Origin: an uncultured Chloroflexia bacterium | Lineage (GTDB): Bacteria; Chloroflexota; Limnocylindria; Limnocylindrales; CSP1-4 | NCBI GenBank assembly: GCA_963748625.1 | Contig: CAVVJT010000003.1 | Span: forward strand, 32,001 to 96,000 | Direction: 5' to 3' | Length of the DNA stretch: 64,000 nt | Part shown: piece by piece, positions 8,676 to 18,304 of the stretch | How positions within the stretch are numbered: the first letter of the stretch is position 1 | How the letters are laid out: every line of letters begins with the position of its first letter | The notes under the pieces: model-generated | What the model was told of the DNA's origin: nothing | Database searches by the model: none | What the model saw: only the letters and a program-made list of their open reading frames with translations | Position numbers and translations under genes: made by a program

Positions 8676-9356
8676 ATGACCACCTCCATTGTCGTCAGCG
8701 ACCTCGACGGCACGCTCACCACCGCCGAGACCTGGCGCGGCGTCCTGGACTGGATCCGCCGTGAGCACCCGTCACGTGCGGCCACGTGGTTCGTGAAGGT
8801 GCGCATGCCACTCGTGATCTTCGCCAAGACCGGCCTCCTGCCCAAGGAGCGGTTCCGGGCGCGCTGGTTCGCCGACCTCGGCCACCTCCTGGCCGGACTG
8901 CCCGAGGAGCGCCTGCCGGAGCTGGCGGTGTGGGTGGTGGAGGAGTGCCTGTGGCCTGCCCGCCGCCTGGCGGCGCTCGATCTTGTCAACGCTGCGGTCG
9001 CCGACGCCCGCGAGGCCGATCCCGGGGTGCGCCTCGTTGTTGCGACCGGTGCCTACCAGGCGATCGCGGACGCTTGGGCGCGGCGGATGGAGGCGGATGT
9101 CGCGCTGGGCACGCCGCTCGAAGTGGCTGGAGGACGCCTCACTGGCAGGCTGGCCGCGGCGGTCCAGACGGGTGACCAGAAGGCCGCAGCGGTCCGGGCG
9201 CTCGCGCAGGGAGGATCGGTTGTGGCGGCCTTCGGGGACACAGCTGCGGACGCCGCGTTCCTGCAGCTCGCCGTGCGGGCCGTCGCGGTGGCGCCGGATG
9301 CCGAGCTCCGGCGGAACGCGGAGCAGGCCGGCTGGGAGATCGTGGACCCGTGCTGA
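8676..9356 (+). CDS. HAD-IB family phosphatase
   Basis: SDLDGTL, VATGAY, conserved K, FGDTAAD. Confidence 0.85.
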   Translation: MTTSIVVSDLDGTLTTAETWRGVLDWIRREHPSRAATWFVKVRMPLVIFAKTGLLPKERFRARWFADLGHLLAGLPEERLPELAVWVVEECLWPARRLAALDLVNAAVADAREADPGVRLVVATGAYQAIADAWARRMEADVALGTPLEVAGGRLTGRLAAAVQTGDQKAAAVRALAQGGSVVAAFGDTAADAAFLQLAVRAVAVAPDAELRRNAEQAGWEIVDPC

Positions 9357-10045
9357 CCACGCGCTACCCCTGGCTCCTGTTCGATGCCGACGACACCCTG
9401 TTCGACTTCCGCGCTGCTGAGGCGCACGCGCTCGAGGCGGCGTTCCGGGACGTCGGCGTCTCCTTCGACCCCGCGTGGCTCGCGGTGTACCAGCAGGTGA
9501 ACGCACGGGCATGGCGGGCACTGGAGGAGGGGAGGACCACGCCAGAGCGACTGCGAGTCCTGCGGTTCGACGACCTCTTCGCCCAGCTGGGCCTGCCGCT
9601 CGATGCCGACGCGTTCAGCGTGACGTACCTGCGCCATCTGGGCACGCAGGCGGAGTTGGTGGACGGGGCCCTCGAGATGCTCGACGCCGTGCTGCCGGGG
9701 CGGCGGCTCGCCATCATCACCAACGGGCTCTCGGAGGTGCAGCGTCCACGCTTCGCCGCCTCGGCGATCGCGGACCGGATCGCCGCGGTCGTCATCTCGG
9801 AGGAGGTGGGCGTTGCGAAGCCGGATCCCGCGATCTTCGCCATCGCGCTCGAGCGCATGAACGGACCGGCGCCCCACGAAGTCCTGATGATCGGGGACAG
9901 CCTCAGCTCCGATATCGCGGGCGGAATTGCCGCCGGGCTGGACACCGTCTGGTTCAACCCCCGCGGCCTGGATGGGTCCGGCGGTCCGACCCCAACCATC
10001 GAGGTCGGCTCGCTGGCGGAGCTCGCGGCGCTGCTCGAGGGCTAG
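9350..10045 (+). CDS. yjjG: YjjG-family noncanonical pyrimidine nucleotidase (HAD)
   Basis: LFDADDTLFDF, ITNG, SEEVGVAKPDP, MIGDSLSSDI. Confidence 0.85.
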   Translation: MLTTRYPWLLFDADDTLFDFRAAEAHALEAAFRDVGVSFDPAWLAVYQQVNARAWRALEEGRTTPERLRVLRFDDLFAQLGLPLDADAFSVTYLRHLGTQAELVDGALEMLDAVLPGRRLAIITNGLSEVQRPRFAASAIADRIAAVVISEEVGVAKPDPAIFAIALERMNGPAPHEVLMIGDSLSSDIAGGIAAGLDTVWFNPRGLDGSGGPTPTIEVGSLAELAALLEG

Positions 10046-10121
10046 CCGCGCATCCCGTCACCCGCCCCTTGCGCCACTGGGGTGGCGCTGGACCGTCACG
10101 GCGGCCGGGTACCATCCACTG

Positions 10122-10376
10122 ATGCGCCGCCACCTGCCTGACATCCTTGCCGTCCTCTCGCTGCCCGTGGGCATCGCGGCGTATCTCGCCACCGGTCAGG
10201 CCATCGCCACCCTTGCGCCCGGCCTGTCGCCCACGATCGTGGGCCTCTTCGTGCCGCTGTTCGTGGCGGGCGTCTGCATGATCCCGTTCGTGGCGCCCTG
10301 GTTCGACCGCCGCGCCAAGGCCGATCTTGCGAAGATCCGGGCCGACCGGGAGGACGAGGCGCGCAAGGGCCCCTAG
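10122..10376 (+). CDS. Small membrane protein with two predicted TM segments
   Basis: Two hydrophobic segments and a charged tail; ATG 6 nt after TACCAT. Confidence 0.65.
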   Translation: MRRHLPDILAVLSLPVGIAAYLATGQAIATLAPGLSPTIVGLFVPLFVAGVCMIPFVAPWFDRRAKADLAKIRADREDEARKGP

Positions 10377-10411
10377 TGTCGTGTACCGCCGCTGACGGGC
10401 GGACACCCCTC

Positions 10412-10488
10412 CGCCCGGCGGCGCCCCTGCTGCGCCCGGCGGCGCCCCTGCCGCGCCCGGCGGCGCCCCTGCCGCGCCCGGCGGCGCC
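10412..10488. repeat. 21-bp tandem repeat CGCCCGGCGGCGCCCCTGCYG, about 3.7 copies
   Basis: Directly visible in intergenic region. Confidence 0.9.
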
Positions 10489-10748
10489 TGGCGGCGCGAA
10501 TCGAGGGGCTCCACGCTGGGCTGGACGCCCAGACTGTCGATCCGTGGGTTGATCCCTGTGGGCCGCGGCCCGTTTCGCCCCATGGCCGGGGATGGAGGCG
10601 TGACACGAGCGCCGCATGTGTGCTCGGCGGCCGGTGATAAATCGCGGCGCCCGGGCCGCGGCCCGCCGGAACGGGCCGTTCGTCACTACACGCGCGACGT
10701 GGTTGCGGGCGAGGCTCTCGCGGTTGGCCCCACCACGCAGGAGAACCC

Positions 10749-11225
10749 ATGCGCAGGACGCTCAGCATCGTGGTTGCAGTGCTGGTGCTCGGCTTCATCG
10801 CCATCCAGTTCGTGCCGTACGGGCGCGAGCACACCAACCCACCCGTCACCGGTGCGCCCGCGTGGGACTCGGCGCAGACCGAGTCGCTGTTCAAGCAGGC
10901 CTGCGGTGACTGCCACAGCAACGCGACGACGTGGCCGTGGTACACGAACATCGCGCCCGTGTCCTGGCGGATCCAGAAGCATGTGGACGAAGGGCGTGAG
11001 GTGTTCAACGTGTCGGCCTGGGGCACGGCCGAACAGGAGGCTGATGAGGCAGCCGAACAGGTCGACAGCGGCGCCATGCCGCCGGGCGACTACCTGCTGC
11101 TGCACCCGGAGGCCCGCCTTGCCGATGCCGACAGGCAGGCGCTCATCGATGGCCTGACCGCGACCTTCGGAGGCGAAGGCGGGGAGGGCGCTGAGGGCGG
11201 CGAGGCCGAGGAAGGCGACGACTGA
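10749..11225 (+). CDS. Heme-binding (Haem_bd) cytochrome c-like protein
   Basis: N-terminal hydrophobic anchor, [21 protein letters not shown]...HP. Confidence 0.88.
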   Translation: MRRTLSIVVAVLVLGFIAIQFVPYGREHTNPPVTGAPAWDSAQTESLFKQACGDCHSNATTWPWYTNIAPVSWRIQKHVDEGREVFNVSAWGTAEQEADEAAEQVDSGAMPPGDYLLLHPEARLADADRQALIDGLTATFGGEGGEGAEGGEAEEGDD

Positions 11226-11268
11226 TCGTCTCCCGGCCCATGCTGGGCGCACCGCCGATGGAGGACAC

Positions 11269-11649
11269 GTGAACGGCTCTGCCACAGTTTTCATCACCTC
11301 GGCCCTCGTCCTGTACACCATCGGCGTCTGGAGCGAGCGCTTCCAGGGGCGCCTGAAGTGGTGGCACCTGGTGTTCTTCTACGCGGGCCTGGTGTGCGAC
11401 ACCGTGGGCACCGGGATGATGTTCGACTTCGCGGGCGGGCTGACCTTCGACGTGCACGGGATCAGCGGCCTGCTCGCGATCATCCTGATGGGGATCCACG
11501 CGCTCTGGGCGACCATCGTGCTGCTGCGTCACGACGAGCGGCTCATCATGACGTTCCACCGGTTCAGCATCGCGGTCTGGTTGATCTGGCTGATCCCGTA
11601 CTTCAGCCCGATGTTCTTCGCGATGGCGGGAGCGGGAGCGGCCGGCTAG
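11269..11649 (+). CDS. HsmA/TIGR03987-family membrane protein
   Basis: ALVLYTIGVWSE..QGRLK.WH, D..GT..M, HG..G..AI.LM..HA.WA, FH.FS..VW..WL.PY. Confidence 0.75.
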   Translation: MNGSATVFITSALVLYTIGVWSERFQGRLKWWHLVFFYAGLVCDTVGTGMMFDFAGGLTFDVHGISGLLAIILMGIHALWATIVLLRHDERLIMTFHRFSIAVWLIWLIPYFSPMFFAMAGAGAAG

Positions 11650-11699
11650 CGCGAAGATGCCCCCACCTGGCGCGACGATCCCCCAGCCGGCACCGGTTC

Positions 11700-12200
11700 T
11701 CAGCCAGCAGCGTCCCCAGCCACCTCGGCAGCGATGGCGGATGCCCATGCCCCGATGGCATCCCAGTCGCGGAAGTCCCCGATCACATGGGTCTTGAGCA
11801 CCTGCGGATCGACCGGCGCGTCGGCCGCCAGCCGCCCGCCGAACGTGCGGTGCTCGCGGTAGGGGATGCCCGCGACGATGCCTGCCGCGTGCTCGGTGAT
11901 CGGCAGGTTGGCCGCAGCGAGCCTGCTGTCGAGCGGGCCGCTGCTGAACAGCCATACACGGCGGGCGGCCAGACCATCCCGGTGGCGGTCCACGAACTTG
12001 TTCGCATCGCGCTGCCAGTGCGCCGCGTACAGCGCGCTGCCCAGGACCACGGCGTCGTACCCCTCGAGCGAGCGGATCTCGCGCACAGGGCGCGTGTCGA
12101 CATCGTGGCCCTCGCGCTCGAGGACCGCGGCGATGGCGCGCGCGACCTCGGTCGTGGACCCGAGCTTGGAGGCGTAGGCGACGAGGACACGGGCGGCCAT
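11700..12200 (-). CDS. Flavodoxin-domain protein (HemG-like), second paralog
   Basis: VLVAYASKLGSTTEVA...WLFSSGPL...GDFRDW; closely similar to 7680-8189. Confidence 0.85.
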   Translation of the reverse strand: MAARVLVAYASKLGSTTEVARAIAAVLEREGHDVDTRPVREIRSLEGYDAVVLGSALYAAHWQRDANKFVDRHRDGLAARRVWLFSSGPLDSRLAAANLPITEHAAGIVAGIPYREHRTFGGRLAADAPVDPQVLKTHVIGDFRDWDAIGAWASAIAAEVAGDAAG

Positions 12201-12324
12201 TGGACGGTCAGGCTCCTGCGAGCGGTGACGACGACTGTCGGCGTGCATCTTGCCCCAGACAGCGTGCGGATGGCGACCCGGCGCGCGTCTTCGCCCCGCA
12301 CAGCACGTCATTGACCTGGGGAGC

Positions 12325-12362
12325 GCGAAGCCCGGCAGGAGGGGACGTCTGCCGGGCTTCGC
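12325..12362. terminator. GC-rich hairpin, probable terminator after doxX
   Basis: GCGAAGCCCGGCAG / CTGCCGGGCTTCGC perfect 14-bp stem; no U-tract. Confidence 0.55.
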
Positions 12363-12423
12363 CGATGGGTTCGCGCAACGGCGGCCCCCACCTCGATGAG
12401 GCAGGCGCCGGGCCGTCAGCAGG

Positions 12424-13005
12424 TCAGGCGGTCACAGGCACCGGCTGGTGGCCGCCGTCGGCCGTCTCGGGAGTGTCGCCCGACATCAGCCACGTGCGCA
12501 CGCCGCGCGGGACCTTTGGAGCGAGGATCGCGTCAAGGCCGTAGTAGCGGCCTGCCCCGATGCCGGCGACCGTGAGGCAGATGAGCGCGTAGGCGAGGTG
12601 CTGGTTGACCACGCCGTACTGGAAGTCCCAGGCGGCGAAGAAGAAGAACGTCATCATGAGGGCGCCCATCACGGCGCCGAAGCGGGTGAGCAGGCCAAGG
12701 ATCAGCGCGATGCCGATCCCGACCTGGCCGAATGGCACCAGCACGTTGACCAGCCCCATCAGGGTCGAGTTGCCGGCGAGCGCCAGCCAGAGGCCCTGGG
12801 TCGGGTTGACGATTGTCCCCTCGGCGATCTCACCGCTCACGAACGGCCAGCCCAGGGTGCCGGCCGTCGCGAACTTGAGGAATCCGCTCGCATCGAACGC
12901 CTGCGGCGCGAGGAGCTTCTCCAGCCCCGCCCACAGGAAGATGATGCCGACGGTGATGCGGAGCAGCGCGACACCGCGCTGGTGAACCTTGCCGGTGATC
13001 TCCAC
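12424..13005 (-). CDS. DoxX-family membrane protein
   Basis: LLRITVG.IFLWAG.EK, GLLTR, VNQH, GAGRYYGLD; GGAGG RBS. Confidence 0.85.
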   Translation of the reverse strand: MEITGKVHQRGVALLRITVGIIFLWAGLEKLLAPQAFDASGFLKFATAGTLGWPFVSGEIAEGTIVNPTQGLWLALAGNSTLMGLVNVLVPFGQVGIGIALILGLLTRFGAVMGALMMTFFFFAAWDFQYGVVNQHLAYALICLTVAGIGAGRYYGLDAILAPKVPRGVRTWLMSGDTPETADGGHQPVPVTA

Positions 13006-13198
13006 GGCGAACTACCTCCGACCCCTCCGTCCGGTGACCGTCACCGGCGGGCCCTCATGCAGGGTCATGTCCTGTGCCTCCGGCCCGTGGCGATACGGGT
13101 GCATCGCTGGGGGCCATCTGGCCCACCCACCATAGTCCATTAGGAGGTCAACAGCATCATCCGACCGACGGGCACCTGGTGCCTGTAGGCTCCGCACG

Positions 13199-14002
13199 AT
13201 GAGTTCACCCCCCGCGGAGGCTGTCCGCGCCGACACCTCCAGCACGCCCGCCGGGTCCCGAGTGCGGGCCTGGCTTGCTGCCGGGCCGGCGTATCCGCCC
13301 GACGCCGGCGATCTCCGCACGGTGTCCGTCATCGGGCTCCAGTTGCCGGTCCGCGCCACGGTGGCGGTCGTCGTGGTCGCAGTGATCCTGCTCCTCGACT
13401 ACCACGGCCGGATCGACGAGGTGGTGCGCGCGCTCCTGGGTCCGCTGGGTTCCACGGTGGCGGACGCGAAGCGGGTCCAGTCCCTGGGCCGCCTGGCGCT
13501 GGAGGGGCTTGTCCCACTCCTGGTGGTGATCCTCGTGTTCCGGGACAGTCCGGGCCGCTACGGTCTGCGCCGTCGGTGACTGGCGGGCGGGCGCCGTGAT
13601 TGCCGCGGCCGGGTGCGCGGTGATGACGCCGGTGGTGGTCGGGCTCGTCTCGCATGCCTGGCTTCGCGTCGTACTACGCGCCGCAGGCGACCGGAGCCGC
13701 TCGACGTGATCGTCACGACGGCCCTCGAGGTGATCCCTGCCGAGTTCTTCTTCCGCGGGTTCCTCCTCTTCGCGCTGCTGCGCATCGCCGGACCGATCGC
13801 CGTCGTGATCGCCACCCTGCCGTTCGCCTTCGTCCACCTCGGCAAGCCCGAAATCGAGACCCTCAGCACCCTCGCGGGCGGAGTTGCGTACGGCTGGCTG
13901 GACTGGCGGACGGGATCGGTCCTGTGGAGCGGCCTGGCGCACACGTGGATCCTGGCGCTGGCCGTGGTGATGGCGGGGATCATGACCGGCGGCGCCGCCT
14001 GA
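13199..14002 (+). CDS. CPBP (CAAX/Abi) intramembrane glutamic protease, frameshifted in assembly
   Basis: YGLR..GDWR...YYAP...EFFFRG...FVHLGKP.IE...AH spread over different frames; shifts near 13571, 13653, 13693. Confidence 0.75.
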
Positions 14003-14028
14003 GGGGCGGCACCGGTATCCTCGGATCC

Positions 14029-15006
14029 ATGGCCCGCGACATCGCCCCCCAGGAGATCACCGACCTCGCTGACGCACGAGCCGCAGCTCGGCGCGCCCGG
14101 GACTGGGCGACCGCTGACGGTCTGCTCGCCCGGATCGAGGACGCCGGCTGGAAGGTTGTGGACGCCGGGACGATGTACGACCTTGTGCGTGCCGTTCCTG
14201 ACGACGTGGTTGACGGTGGGCAGGTCCGCTACGGGTCGAGCGCCTCGGTGCCGTCTCGACTGGGGGAGGCTCCGACGGGCCTTGCGAGCGTCGTGATGGT
14301 CGCCACCGACTGGCCGGAGGACGTCCAGCGCGCCGTGGGCGCCTTCCGGGCGCACTCGCCCGCAGACACCCAGCTCATCGTGGTCGCCAATGGGCCCTCG
14401 GAGGACCAGGCGGCCGTGCTCGAGGGTCTCGCGGCGGACGACGGGGTCGAAGTCGTCTGGCTGGCGGGGCGCATGGGGCAGGCCACCGCGCTCAACGCGG
14501 GGATCCGGCGAGCGACCGGGCCCATCGTCCTGATCGTGGACACCAGCATCGAGCCGCAGGGTGATCTCGTCTCGGCCGTCGTGGCCGCGCTCGCCCCCGA
14601 CGACGTCGCCGTGGCCGGACCCGTTGGGATCGTCTCGGATGACATGCGCCACTTCGGCAACCCGGCGGAGGGTGCCGTGGATGTGGATGCGATCGAGGGC
14701 TATGCCCTCGGGTTCCGCCGCGCGGACTTCGCGGCCCGCGGCCCGCTCGACGAGCACTTCGTCTTCTACCGGAACCTGGACATCTGGTGGAGCCTCGCCC
14801 TCCGCGACCAGCCCGAGGACGCGGGCGATGACGTCGCGCCGCGCCGGGCGGTCCGCGTGCTGGGCGTACCCGTGGACCGCCACGTGCACCGGGGCTGGAC
14901 CAGCCTGCCCGTCGACGAACGGGACCGCCTCTCGAAGAAGAACTTCTACCGGGTCCTCAAGCGCTTCGCCTCGCGCCGGGACCTGCTGGGCGCGCAGCGG
15001 ACCTGA
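14029..15006 (+). CDS. GT2-family glycosyltransferase with N-terminal CysS C-terminal-like domain
   Basis: N-term RAAARRARDWATADGLL..IEDAGWKVVD.GT.Y; then SVVMV, IVVANG, ALNAGI..ATG..VLIVDTS, GPLDEHF.FY..LD GT-A motifs. Confidence 0.75.
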   Translation: MARDIAPQEITDLADARAAARRARDWATADGLLARIEDAGWKVVDAGTMYDLVRAVPDDVVDGGQVRYGSSASVPSRLGEAPTGLASVVMVATDWPEDVQRAVGAFRAHSPADTQLIVVANGPSEDQAAVLEGLAADDGVEVVWLAGRMGQATALNAGIRRATGPIVLIVDTSIEPQGDLVSAVVAALAPDDVAVAGPVGIVSDDMRHFGNPAEGAVDVDAIEGYALGFRRADFAARGPLDEHFVFYRNLDIWWSLALRDQPEDAGDDVAPRRAVRVLGVPVDRHVHRGWTSLPVDERDRLSKKNFYRVLKRFASRRDLLGAQRT

Positions 15007-15026
15007 CCGCCTCGAGCTCCTTGCAA

Positions 15027-15152
15027 CGGCCCTAACACTTCTGGGGCGGGCACGTTACCAAGACAGAGGCCTCGTACTAGAGCATCGTTCCCCCGGCGGT
15101 GTGGCACGGCGAGGCCTCACTTCCTGTCCGGGATCCTGCGCCAGGGAACCGG
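15027..15152. ncRNA. Candidate structured intergenic element or ncRNA
   Basis: Nested inverted repeats 15030-15038/15138-15146 (G-U pairs favour minus strand) and 15062-15074/15110-15128. Confidence 0.3.
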
Positions 15153-15266
15153 CGACGCCTCCGGCGCGTCCCCGGACTGGCGCCGGACGGGGTCCCAGGG
15201 GGTCCGCCCGTATACTCCGGCCACGGGTCGTCGCGCCCGGATCATCGACTGCCGGAGGGGCAATCC

Positions 15267-16913
15267 GTGGAGCCAGACCTGTTCGAGCCGGGCCCGGTGG
15301 CACCGCCATCGCGGGGCCGCCGGGTGGTGCTGGGCGTGATCGCCTCCGTCATCGTCGTCGTGATGCTGGTGGCGGCGTGGCCCACGGGGCGTGGCGGACC
15401 GGTGCCGTCCGCGGCGGCTGCCGGCGGCGGCGACCAGGTGACGATCCTGGCCGGCACGCCGGCGTCCATCGACCCGGCGCGCCACGGTGACCTGGGCTCC
15501 GCCGCGTACGTCAGCCAGCTGTACGAGACGCTGACGGCGGTTGACCCGTCGCTCGCCATCCAGCCCGCCCTCGCGGAGACCTGGACGATCGCCGACGACG
15601 GCCGGCGCGTCACCTTCACGCTGCGCCCGGACCTGCAGTTCAGCGATGGCTCGCCGCTCCGCGCTGACGACGTGGTGCGCAGCTGGCGCCGCCTGTTCAC
15701 GCCGGGCAATCCGTCGCCGCTCGCATCGCTCATCGCGGACGTGAAGGGCGCCCGCGAGCTGCTGACGGGCGCGAGCTCCGACACCTCGTCGTTGGGCGTG
15801 CGCGCCGAGGGGGACCGCACGGTGGTCGTGGACCTCGAGCGGGGCGGCGGCGACCTGCCCGCCATCGTGTCCGGCGCGCCGTTCGCCGTGGTGCCGTCGA
15901 CGGTCGGCGAGGCCGAGATCGTCCCGGATCCCGGGACCATGGTCGGCTCGGGGGCCTACACGCTCGAGCGGGTGGACACCGATCGCTTCGTCCTCAAGGC
16001 AAATCCGCGCTACTGGGCGGGCGAGCCGGCCATCGGCACGGTTGACATGATCACGTCCCTCGAGGGCAGGAGCGCCGTCGAGGCCTTCGAGGCCGGCGAC
16101 CTTGACGTCGCCCCAATCACCTTCCTCGACGCAGGCTGGATCGCCTATGACCGCTCGCTCGGGCCCACGCTCCGGAGCGAGCCCGATCTCTCGGTCACCT
16201 ACTACGGCTTCGACACCCGACGGCCGCCGTTCGACGACGTCCGCGTCCGGCAGGCGTTCGGCATGGCCGTTGACTGGCGCAGGCTGGCCGCGCTCGACGA
16301 GCCAGGGTCCTCCGTGCCGGCCACGGGCATGGTCCCGTCCGGCATCCCCGGCACGCCCGACGGTGACTACCTGCCGCCGTACGACCCCGATGCCGCCCGC
16401 GCGCTGCTCGCCGAGGCCGGCTATCCCGGTGGCGCGGGCCTGCCCCCGATCTCCTTCATCGCCAATGGCGGCGGCTACGACGAGGGGATCGTGGCCATGC
16501 TGGAGGAGAACCTGGGCGTCACGATCGACTACGCCACGATGGACTTCGGCCTCTACCAGGAGCGGCTCGCGACCGATCCGCCCCAGATCTGGAGCCTGTC
16601 ATGGGTGGCCGACTACCCGGGCCCCAACGACTTCCTGGGCGTCCTGCTCGGTACCGGCTCCACAGCCAACCAGGGCGGATGGTCGGATGCCGCGTTCGAC
16701 GCGGCTGTCGCCGAGGCCTCGTCCGCGGCAGACCCGGCTGCCGCCACAGCGGACTATGCGCGGGCGCTGGAGATCGTCCGCGACCAGGTGCCGGTCGTGC
16801 CCGTCGCGTACGGGACGTCCTTCTCGCTGGTCCGGGACGGCCTCCTGGGCGCAGGTGAGACAGGGACCGGCATCCTGCGCCTGGCCGGCCTCGCATGGGA
16901 GGACGGGCAGTGA
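15267..16913 (+). CDS. Peptide/nickel ABC transporter substrate-binding protein (family 5, OppA-like)
   Basis: SIDPA, QLYETL, PALAETW, FSDGSPL.A.DV, GSGAY, W.ADYP.P..FL; N-terminal TM; GGAGGGG RBS; -10 TATACT at 15211. Confidence 0.88.
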   Translation: MEPDLFEPGPVAPPSRGRRVVLGVIASVIVVVMLVAAWPTGRGGPVPSAAAAGGGDQVTILAGTPASIDPARHGDLGSAAYVSQLYETLTAVDPSLAIQPALAETWTIADDGRRVTFTLRPDLQFSDGSPLRADDVVRSWRRLFTPGNPSPLASLIADVKGARELLTGASSDTSSLGVRAEGDRTVVVDLERGGGDLPAIVSGAPFAVVPSTVGEAEIVPDPGTMVGSGAYTLERVDTDRFVLKANPRYWAGEPAIGTVDMITSLEGRSAVEAFEAGDLDVAPITFLDAGWIAYDRSLGPTLRSEPDLSVTYYGFDTRRPPFDDVRVRQAFGMAVDWRRLAALDEPGSSVPATGMVPSGIPGTPDGDYLPPYDPDAARALLAEAGYPGGAGLPPISFIANGGGYDEGIVAMLEENLGVTIDYATMDFGLYQERLATDPPQIWSLSWVADYPGPNDFLGVLLGTGSTANQGGWSDAAFDAAVAEASSAADPAAATADYARALEIVRDQVPVVPVAYGTSFSLVRDGLLGAGETGTGILRLAGLAWEDGQ

Positions 16914-18304
16914 ACGCCGTTCGCCGTCTCCCGCGCGCCATCGCCGCGCTGCTCGTGGGCATCGCCCTCCTGCGTCCCGATGGCGCCTGCCGCCCTGGCC
17001 GCCGATGTCACGTTCGGCAAGCCCGAGTACACGTCCGTCTACAACGAGGGGATCACGTTCACGGTGCCCTTCACCAGCGGCAGCACGCCGGACCGGGTGG
17101 AGATCCGGATGCAGTTCCCGGACGCACTCGGGCCGTTCATCAGCGTGGTCGAGCCGCCGCCGGGGGCGTCGGGCGAGCTCACGTACGTCCTCCCGCTCAC
17201 GGGCGTCCGGCCACCTCGTTCCGAACACCACCTTCGACGTCACCTGGGCCGCCTATCCAGAGGCCGGCGGCGAACCCGTCCTGAGCGCGCCGCTTCGCGT
17301 CCGCTACACCGACACCGCCCACGACTGGCGGACGCTCGAGGGCGACGTCGTGAAGGTCCACTGGTACGACGGGGTCGGAGGCGTTCGCCAGGCGCGCGCT
17401 CAAGATCGGCGACGACGCGGTCCGAGAGACGGCCGCGCTGCTGGGCGTCACCGAGACCGAGCCGATCGACTTCTTCATCTACACCGACGGCGCCTCCTTC
17501 CGCGAGGCGCTGGGCCCGGGCACGCGCGAGAACGTCGGCGGCCAGGCCCATTCGGACATCCGCACCCTGTTCGCGCTGATCGAGCCATCTGCGATCGAGG
17601 ACCCGTGGGTCGGCGTCGTGGTCCCGCACGAGCTCGTGCATCTCGTCTTCGACACCGCCGTGGACAACGCGTTCCGGTTCCCGCCCCGGTGGCTCAACGA
17701 GGGGCTCGCGGTGTACCTCTCCGAGGGCTACACCCGGAGCGACAAGCGTCTCGTGGAACAGGCCGTGGACGATCGATCACTCCTGCCGCTGACGGCACTC
17801 ACCGGCCAGTTCCCCACGGACTTCAGCGCCACATACCTCGCGTACGCCGAGTCCGCGTCAGCGATCGACTTCCTGGTCCGCACCTATGGACGCGACGCGA
17901 TGCTTGGCCTGGTCGCCTCGTACGCTGATGGTCTGACCGACGACGAGGCGTTCACGCAGGCCACAGGCAAGGACCTGGCCGCCTTCCAGGCGGCGTGGCT
18001 GGCCGAGCTCGGGGCCGCCGACCCGGAGCGCTATGGGCCGCAGTCGAACCCGCCCGGGCCGGTCCCGCCGGGCTGGGACCAGCCGCTGCCGACCGGTGCC
18101 CCGGGCTCATCGCCTACCGCGCCCGGCTCGACGGCCGCACCCGGCTCGACGGCCGCCCCCGGCGCCAGCGGCCAGCCCGTGCCTGAGGACGTCCGCGTGG
18201 AGGGAGGCGAGTTCACGGCCCCGCTGGCGGCCGCCATCGTGATTGTCTTCGGCATCTTCTTCGTGGTGCTGATCGTGGTCCGGAGGCGCCCCGAGCCATC
18301 GTGA
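16910..18304 (+). CDS. Peptidase MA-family (gluzincin) membrane-anchored metallopeptidase, frameshifted in assembly
   Basis: Signal peptide, HELVH...P.WLNEGLA.Y, Pro/Thr linker, C-terminal TM plus RRR; shifts near 16975, 17205, 17372. Confidence 0.8.

Noticed and set aside
15140-15260. Cobalamin riboswitch upstream of the OppA-like gene (AGGGAACCGG...CCGG...CCCCG..ACTG resemblance)
   Set aside because: The conserved GGTGnAAnTCC loop and B12 box are missing, and a TATACT promoter falls inside the region
13199-18304. CPBP protease and peptidase MA as true pseudogenes
   Set aside because: Several indels but catalytic motifs are retained and the pieces join into full-length proteins; cannot be separated from sequencing error without reads
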